From the human T2T-CHM13v2.0 reference genome, Homo sapiens, in NCBI RefSeq assembly GCF_009914755.1, contig NC_060931.1: DNA of 64,000 nt, one strand, 5' to 3'. The notes beneath the pieces were generated by a model that saw only the letters and a list, made by a program, of their open reading frames with translations, had not been told where the DNA came from and made no database searches. Shown here in pieces: positions 55,919 to 64,000 of this stretch; position 1 is the stretch's first letter; each line of letters opens with the position of its first letter. A program made the position numbers and the translations under genes.

Positions 55919-55981
55919 TATGATGTTAGCTGGTTATTTTGCCCGTTAATTGATACAGCTTCTTCATAGCCTCGATGGTCT

Positions 55982-57008
55982 TTACAATTTGGCATGTTTT
56001 TGCAGTGGCTGGTACCAGTTGTTCTTTTCCATGTTTAGTGCTTCCTTCAGGAGCTCTTGTAAGGCAGGCCTGGTGGTGACAAAATCTGTCAGCATTTGCT
56101 TGTCTGTAAAGTATTTTATTTCCCCTTCACTTATGAAGCTTAGTTTGGCTGGATATGAAATTCTGGGTTGAAAATTCTTTTCTTTAAGAATGTTGAATAT
56201 TGGCCCCCACTCTCTTCTGGCTTGTAGGGTTTCTTCCGAGGGATCCACTGCTAGTCTGATGGGCTTCCCTTTGTGGGTAGCCTGACCTTTCTCTCTGGCT
56301 GCTCTTAATATTTTTTCCTTCATTTCAACCTTGGTGAATCTGACAATTATGTGTCTTGGAGTTTCTCTTCTCGAGGAGTATCTTTATGGTGTTCTCTGTA
56401 TTTCCTGAATTTGAATCTTGGCCTACCTTGCTAGGCTGGGAAAGTTCTCCTGGATAATATCCTGAAAAGTGTTTTCCAACTTGATTCCATTCTCCCTGCC
56501 ACTTTCAGGCACACCAATCAAATGTAGATTTGGTCTTTTCACATAGTCCCATATTTCTTGGAGGCTTTGTTCATTTCTTTTTACTCTTTTTTCTCTAATC
56601 TTGTCTTCTCACTTTATTTCATTAATTTGGTTTTCAATCATTGATATCCTTTCTTCCACTTGATTGGATTGGCTATTGAAGCTTGTGCATGCCTCACGAA
56701 GTTCTCATGCCACGGTTTTCAGCTCCATCAGGTCATTTAAGGTCTTCTCTACACTGTTTATTCTAGTTAGCCATTCATCTAACCTTTTTTTCAAGGTTTT
56801 TAGCTTCCTTGTGATGGGTTAGAACATGTTCCTTCAGCTCGGAGAAGTTTGTTATTACCGACCTTCCGAAGCCTACTTCTGTCCACTCGTCAAAGGCATT
56901 CACCATCCAGCTTTGTTCCATTGCTGGCAAGGAGCTGCAATCTTTTGGAGGAGAAGAGGTGCTCTGGTTTTTAGAATTTTCAGCTTTTCTGCTCTGGTTT
57001 CTCCCCAT
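55982..57008 (-). pseudogene. Disrupted L1 ORF1p
   Basis: Fragments MGRNQSRKAENSKNQ... and MKEKILRAAREKG...KEKNFQPRISYPAKLSFISEGEIK...YQPLQKHAKL, broken into separate ORFs. Confidence 0.93.
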
Positions 57009-57582
57009 CTTTGCGGTTTTATCTACCTTTGGTCTTTGATGTTGGTGACCTACGGATGGGGTTTTGGTGTGGTTGTCCTTTTCGTTGATGTTGCTGCTAT
57101 TCTTTTCTGTTTCCTTCTAACAGTCAGGTCCCTCAGCTGCAGGTCTGTTGGAGTTTGCTGGAGGTCCACTCCAGACCCTGTTTGCCTGGGTATCACCAGC
57201 AGAGGCTGCAGAACAGCAAATATTGCTGCCTGATCCTTCCTCTGGAAGCTTTGACCCAGAGGGGCACCCACCTGTATGAGGTGTCAATCAGCCCTTACTG
57301 GGAGGTGTCTTGCAGTTAGGCTACACTGGGGGTCAGGGACCCACTTGAGGAGGCAGTCTGTCCAATCTCAGAACTCAAACGCTGTGCTGGGAGAACCACT
57401 GCTCTCTTCAGAGCTGTCAGACAGGGACGTTTAAGTCTGCAGAAGTTTCTGCTGCCTTTTGTTCAGCTATGCCCTGCCTACAGAGGTGGAGTTTATAGAG
57501 GCAGTAGGCCTTGCTGAGCTGCGGTGGGCTCCACCCAGTTCGAGCTTCCCAGCTGTTTTGTTTACCTACTCAAGCCTCAGCA

Positions 57583-57909
57583 ATGGTGGACGCCCCTCCC
57601 CCCACCAGGCTGCAGCCTCGGAGGTTGATCTCAGACTGCTGCCCTAGCAGTGAGCAAGGCTCCGTGGGCATGGGACCCACTGAGCCAGGCACGGGAGAGA
57701 ATCTCCTGGTCTGCCAGTTGCTAAGACCTGGGAAAAGCACAGTATTTGGGCAGAAGTGTCCTGTTTTTCCAGGTACAGTCTGTCACGGCTTCCCTTGGCT
57801 AGGAAAGGGAAATCCCCCAACCCCTTGTGCTTCCCAGGTGAGGCGATGCCCCGCCCTGCTTCAGCTCACCCTCCGTGGGCTGCACCCACTGTTCAACCAG
57901 TCCCAATGA
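57583..57909 (+). CDS. L1 antisense ORF0 homologue, open, 108 aa (expression unknown)
   Basis: MVDAPPPTRLQPRRLISDCCPSSEQGSVGMGPTEPG resembles L1 ORF0 (MAGAPPPASLPPCSLISDCCASNQRDSVGVGPSEPG); ATG in GCAATGG context. Confidence 0.45.
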   Translation: MVDAPPPTRLQPRRLISDCCPSSEQGSVGMGPTEPGTGENLLVCQLLRPGKSTVFGQKCPVFPGTVCHGFPWLGKGNPPTPCASQVRRCPALLQLTLRGLHPLFNQSQ

Positions 57910-58744
57910 GATGAACCAGGTACCTCAGTTGGAAATGCAGAAATCACTGTCTTCTGTGTCAATCATGCTGGGAGCTGCAGACCAGAGCTATTCTTATTCA
58001 GCCATCTTGCACCATCCGATGTTAAACCAACTTTGCGTCCCTAGGACAATCCCACTTGAGCGTAGTATATAATTATTTTTCTATATTACCTATCCTAATA
58101 TTTTGTCAAAGACTTTTGTACCTATATTCCAAGTGATGCTGATATGTAGTTTTTCTTTTCTTGCCATGTCTTTGTCTGATTTTGCTATCAGAGTAATACT
58201 GGCCTCATGAGTGAGCGGGGAAGTCTTCCCTTCTCTTCTATTTTTTGGAAAAATGTGTGAAGAATTGGCATCAGTTCTTTTTTAAATGTTTGGTAGAATT
58301 CATCAATGAAGCCATCTGGTCCTGGGCTTTTCTTTATAGGAAGCTTCTTGATTACTAATTTAATTTCTACTTATTTTAGGTTTACTCACGTTTTCTATTT
58401 CTTCTTAAGTAAGTTTGGTTGCATCTGCCTTTCCAGGAATTTGTCCATTTGATCTGTTATCTAGTTTGTTGGCATACAATTTTTTTATAGTATTCCCTTA
58501 TAATTTTTATTTCTGGAACGTCAGCACTAATGTCCCTCTTTCATTTTTGAGATTTATCTCTTTTTTTCCTGTCTGGCTAAAAGTTTGTCAATTTTGTTGA
58601 TCTTTTCAAAGAACTAACCTTCAGTTTCATTGATTTTCTCTATTGTTTTTCTGTTTGCTATTTTACTAACTTCTGCACTAATCCTTGGTGCTGCCTTTTT
58701 TTCTGCTTGTTAACAAAGCTTTTTTGACATATTAAAAAGAAGAA

Positions 58745-59625
58745 AAAATTACTTATCCAATATACTTTTGATGGTTATTTGGGTTATTTCCTGATTGAGG
58801 CTAGAGGCTATTATGTATAAAGTTGTATGAACATTCTTGCACATATATTTATACGAACATATATTTTTATTTATCTTAAGTACCTTGGAGTGCAACAGGA
58901 ATAGGGTAGATGTATGTTTCAGTTTACGGAAAACTGTCAAACAATTTTCCAAAGTAGTTGTGCCATGTTATATTCCAACTAGCACTCTGAAAATCACCAC
59001 ATCCTCCCAACATTTGGTATTGTCAGTCTTTTTCCTTTTAGCATTGTGGTGGGAGTATAATGGTATCTGGTATTTTAGTTTGCATTTCCCTGATAACTAA
59101 CGAGACTGATCGTCTTTTCACTTCTCTCAAAGTAACTAATGAATTTTGTCCCCTTTTCTGTTGACTTGTCTCCTTTTGTCTTACTGATTTGAGTTCTTAA
59201 TATATTTTTTATATATGTCTTTTGTTGAATAAATTACAGGACCTTCATACAATGGATTACTCTAAAGTAATCAAAGTCAATTAACTATTGCTATATACAG
59301 TTACGTGTGTAAACTCACAGACATAATATTGAGAAAAAGAAGCTTTCAAAAAAGAGTACATACTGTGTAACTCTATTTGCATAAAGCTCAAAACTAGGCA
59401 AAACCAATGTACTATATTAAAAGTCAAGTGAGTGGTCCCTATAGGATATTGGGTAATGACTAGGAAGGGGGCATGTGGGGATCCCTGGGTATCCTGGTAA
59501 CATTCTATTTCTTCAACTGTACACAGGTTACACAGGTGAGTTCACTTGTGAAAATCTATTGATATGCCACATTGCAGTTTGTGCACTTTTCTGAATGTTA
59601 CATCTGAGCAAACTATTTTAAAAAA
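58745..59625. mobile_element. Two opposed L1ME-type fragments
   Basis: Minus-strand piece 58745-59230 (TTTGCATTTCCCTGATAACTAA) and plus-strand 3'UTR 59240-59625 (ATAAAGCTCAAAACTAGGCAAAACCAAT...GTGCACTTTTCTG). Confidence 0.75.
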
Positions 59626-60727
59626 AGGAAAATTGAATGAGTTCTTGAAAAAAATCTGTTAATTATCACATGATATTTGTTAGCAGATTCTCTGTATATG
59701 ATGTATTTCTAACTTACTGTATTAAGGTGGGGGTTTTTGTATTAAATGCTTTCCTTGTTCATACTTTATATTGTAAGCCTAAAAATTTCATTCATAGGTC
59801 AATAACAGCTTAACTTTTCCTTTGCTCTGGACTGCAGACATCTTGGCAAATAACACAATCTGAGTTCCCAAGGGCTATACCGATTTTAAAATCTGCTCCT
59901 TCCCCATCAATCCCATAATGCTGAATACAGTGCTCATACAATGAAATGCCACAGCTAACACTGCTCTAGCTGTCCCCTTAGGAATTCATTGTAAAAGGGT
60001 TTCACTGTACTTTGTAAAGCAATTTGGAATCCTTCATGATGAAATGTTCTATATAAAGAAGGTAATATAATGGACTTGGCTTTCAACTTATTTCATTTAA
60101 GCCTTAACAGAAACATGAATCTACTATATTAGCATCATAAACCAATAGGTGCTATATAAATGCTGAATAGAAATATTCTGGGTGAATTAAATTGCGAATA
60201 TAGCCATGTATTAGCTAAGTGCTTTACCAAGTATTATGCAAATACTGATTAATAAGGCAATTATACTCAAAATAATAATAATAATGTTACATTCTTCTAT
60301 ATTCTCCCAATTCTCTGAGCACCCATTGACTTAGTTATTTTGTTTGTGTCTGCCACCTAAATCTCAAGCCTAAATGCAAACTCACATAAGATGTCCCTTT
60401 GGAAGGAAACAGTCTTCCTCATGGGTTGGTACCAAACAAAAACTTCAGCAAGTATATGTCAAGGGGGCGGGTAAAAGAAGTCCCTCTAACACATGTGATT
60501 GACATGCTTTTAAAAAGTCCATAATATTCGAAAAAATACTCCCAGGTCCTGTGTAATACTGCCCAGAGTTACTTTTATACTCCTTAGCATTTCTTTGGAG
60601 ACCAGATTCTCCAATGCTTCCAACATTATAATCATGTCATTGAACAGTTGCTATGCTTCACCCCAAAGACAGTGATGACCAGAAATGCCTGATGCAACCC
60701 CTACATGAAGTTTAAAAAGTTACTGGA

Positions 60728-61032
<305 letters not shown>

Positions 61033-61738
61033 TTACTGGAATGCTTTTGATGAAAGGTGTGTTAACATGAATCATTATCGTCATCATCATTGCTCTTTTA
61101 AAAATTTCATCTTTCAGGACTGATAGATGATTCCTACTTTTATAGGAGCTGCATTTTAAAAATGTTTTGGGTTTTTATTTTTGTATTTGTGAGTCTAGAT
61201 TTACAGAGAAATGTATTTATGGAAAAATGTGTTAAATCTCCAGCTATTAGTTTTGCAGGTATGTCAGATGAAGTACTCAACTTGATGGGTGAAAAATGGA
61301 ATTTCTATTTCAGCCTCTCATTTACTGTGCCTTACTGTGATGGGACAGGGCACAGCAGGGTCTGGTTAGAAATCAATTTTCTTGAAGTTCTAGCCCTCCG
61401 TACAAAATAATATAAATCACCAATCCTGTTGCAGAAAGTTTCAAATTTCACTTTGAATGGTCACAAATTTGAAAATGAAGAGAAGAGGGACTGCTAGACT
61501 GGAGAGGCTGCTAAAGAGAGGATGGTGACCAGCTGTTGACAGTGTCACTGAAGATGGGGCCTGGCTTAACTGAATCAGGAAGGGTGAGGGTTTATATCCC
61601 TGAAAGGAGTTGCAATGAAACATGCAAGTCCCTCATCTCAAGGAAAGCACGGAATGAACCTTATTCTTGTCTCTATTCCTTTGAGTTGTAACATCACAGA
61701 TATTCTGTGCACAAAGATTCTTATTTTAAGAGTAGTCT

Positions 61739-62019
61739 AGCTGGGTGTAGTGACTCACGCCTGTAATCCCAGCACTTTGGGAAGCCGAGGTGGGTGGATC
61801 ACCTGAGGTCAGGAGTTCAAGACCAGCCTGGCCAATGTGGTGAAACCCCATCTCTACTAAAAATACAAAAATTAGCCAGGCGTTGTGGCACATGCCTGTA
61901 ATGCCAGCTACTCAGGAGGCTGAGGCAGGAGAATCACTTGAACCCAGGAGGCGGAGGTTGCAGTGAGCCGAGATCACGCCATTGCACTCCAGCCTGGGTG
62001 ACAGAGTGAGACTCTGTGT

Positions 62020-62052
<33 letters not shown>
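61739..62052 (+). mobile_element. AluS (Sx-like) with long pure A tail
   Basis: Full dimer; TSD AAGAGTAGTC/AAAAGTAGTC. Confidence 0.95.
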
Positions 62053-62059
<7 letters not shown>

Positions 62060-62963
62060 GTCCAGAGGGTTTCAAAGCTCTTGTAGCTGTGGCATACTTT
62101 GTTCAAGGAACCTTTAACATGAAACCTCAAAGAGAAAACAAAAGCCCCAGGATCCTCTCAGGCCTCCTCTCCTTCTCCAGCCCTCCACAGGGGCCCTCCC
62201 AGCCTGTTGTCACTGCTCTATTCTTGTGGAATGAAGATCCACAAGGTGAGGCCATTGTTAGACTCCCAAAACCTTCAGTGAGCTTCATGAAGCAGATGGG
62301 ATCTGAACCAGGACTCTGTCGTGGGGGATGAGGGGGGACAACTTCGGTCACATCAAGAAGAAAGGAATGAAACACAGGGAATGAGGTTGCTACAAAGTCA
62401 CTGGAGGGGCCGGAGGAATGAGTCATGGGGTCGCTAGGCTAGATGATTGGCTTCAAGGTCACACCACAGCAGCTATGATGACGAAGTCAGGAAACTACCA
62501 GACACTGAACTGCCTCCACTCTGGCTGCTGCCACAGTCACCCTATACCCAAGAAATTGTTAGAGACCAGCTGCTGCCAATAGTGCTTGCTCGTCAGGCAG
62601 CACTGCTGCAGGAAGATGGCCTCTGCTTCTCTCTTTCTAATCTTTATGCAAGGGCATATCTCACTGCAGAATCTAAATCACGTCCAGAACCATAGTCTAG
62701 GAGTCTGAGAGTCTAGCTGTCAGCCTTCCAGCTCCATGAGAGGAGACAGAACTAGGCGGATCTCAGTGGATCTGGCACAGAACAACTGGGGAAGAGGCAA
62801 TGCTTGTGAAGAGCCTGAGCGAAAGTGGTGTCAAAGTAAACTGGAGGTAAATTCTGGAAGTGGAGAGCTTTAGTCCTGCTGTGAATCAACAAAAAACACC
62901 AGCAGCCTTCAATGGATAAGTGGAAGGCAAAGAATCTCCTTCCATAGAAAAGTTAAATAATGA

Positions 62964-63277
62964 GGCCAGGTACGGTGGCTCACACCTGTAATCCTAGCAC
63001 TTTGGGAGGCCAAAATGGGAAGATCACTTGAGGCCATGAGTTCGAGACTAGCCTGGGAAACATAGCAAAACCTTGTTTCTACACTGAGAAAAATATTACC
63101 AGGCATAGTGGCAGGCACCTGTAATCTCAGCTACTTGAGAGGTTGAGGCAGGAAGATTCCTTGAGCCAGGAGTTTGAGGCTGCAGTGAGCTATGATCACG
63201 CCACTGCACTCCAGCCTGGGCGATGGAGCAAGACCGTGTCTCAAAAAAAAAAAAAAAAAAAAAAAAGGAAAGAAAAG
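62964..63277 (+). mobile_element. AluJ
   Basis: GAGTTTGAGGCTGCAGTGAGCTATGATC; degenerate TSD AAAAGTTAAATAAT/AAAATTAAAGAAT. Confidence 0.92.
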
Positions 63278-63339
63278 AAAAATTAAAGAATAGCTCAAGC
63301 CATCATTTTTAGGATCATTTAAGATGAAGTCTTTGATTT

Positions 63340-63660
63340 CTTTCCTATTTTTGTAACATAAGAAACTTATGTTCATTGTAAAAATACTAGAAAATGCATT
63401 CACTCAAAAAGAAAAATAAAAACCACCCATAATCCCACCATCCAGGGATAATCACAGTATTGGTGACTCTCTTTCCTTCCAGATATTCCAGGGTTATTTT
63501 ACTATGATATCATTGTTTTAAACTTTTTAAAAATTATGAACAATGTCATCCAGTGGCATTATCAATATTAACAGCCACATTGTTGACAGCATTCTGTTAT
63601 AGAGCTGTCTCATACTTTAATAAAATATTTGAAGTCCCCATTTTGTTGGAAATGCTAATA
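63340..63660 (-). mobile_element. L1ME 3' fragment
   Basis: ATGTTCATTGTAAAAATACTAGAAAATGCA...CCCATAATCCCACCATCCAGGGATAATCAC. Confidence 0.6.
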
Positions 63661-64000
63661 TGTTAGATTAACAGTGATGGAATGGATAGAAAAGGCAATA
63701 TTGCAGAGGAGGTTTGAATTGGGAGGTGCTTAAAGCTAAAGTATTAATGACATGGGAGGATGCAGGAAAACTCACAATCCGTTGAAGCTAGAAGGAACTT
63801 AGAGGTCATCCTCGTCCACTTTCCTCATTGAAGGGATGAGGGTAACTGCAGCCACATCACACTCTCTTTATCCCAACCTCTCCAGTCCTCATTCTTCGTA
63901 TTTCTTTATTCTGTCCTCAGCCATGTGTGTGATTCTTATTAAAACTCCAATCTAAACAGCAACTCACAGAAAATATGACTTAAAGAATAAGAACAACAAA

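Larger units (their letters stand above)
55542..58017 (-). mobile_element. L1PA (PA5/6-like) with complete 5' end but 3'-truncated in ORF2
   Basis: 5'UTR (CAAGATGGC YY1 motif at ~58001-58009), ORF1, ORF2 start; no poly(A); perfect 19-bp flanking repeat GATGTTAAACCAACTTTGC at 55523-55541 and 58018-58036. Confidence 0.95.

Noticed and set aside
60718-60727. AGTTACTGGA in the AluY TSD matches the 14735/15608 repeat
   Set aside because: A 10-mer 45 kb away is within chance expectation
62280-62780. Possible old MaLR/ERVL LTR
   Set aside because: Resemblance too weak to assign family or ends without a profile search

Overview
This is primate, very probably human, non-coding genomic DNA (intergenic or deep intronic). 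I find no credible host protein-coding exon, RNA gene, CpG island or CRISPR array. The ORFs in the track are Alu- or L1-derived or have no recognisable similarity. Much of the window is interspersed repeat: about 20 Alu copies or fragments (J, S, Y and a FRAM monomer), several L1 pieces, many L2 and MIR fragments, MaLR/ERVL/ERV1 solo LTRs, and hAT and Tigger DNA transposon relics. The most unusual object is an L1PA at 55542-58017. It keeps its whole 5'UTR, ORF1 and the start of ORF2, but has no 3' end or poly(A), and it is flanked by a perfect 19-bp duplication. It also carries an open, extended antisense ORF0. It sits in an ~8-kb nest of insertions inside an old L1MB. Other points of interest are a perfect 16-bp hairpin overlapping a 16-mer that recurs 873 bp upstream, an AluYd-type element, a CpG-retaining Z-DNA tract, and several repeat-free blocks dense in homeodomain/MEIS/PBX/POU motifs that look like developmental enhancers. 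Subfamily names come from recalled consensus features rather than a RepeatMasker run, and boundaries of old elements are approximate. I cannot identify the locus, and I do not see evidence of a wholly new biological system.
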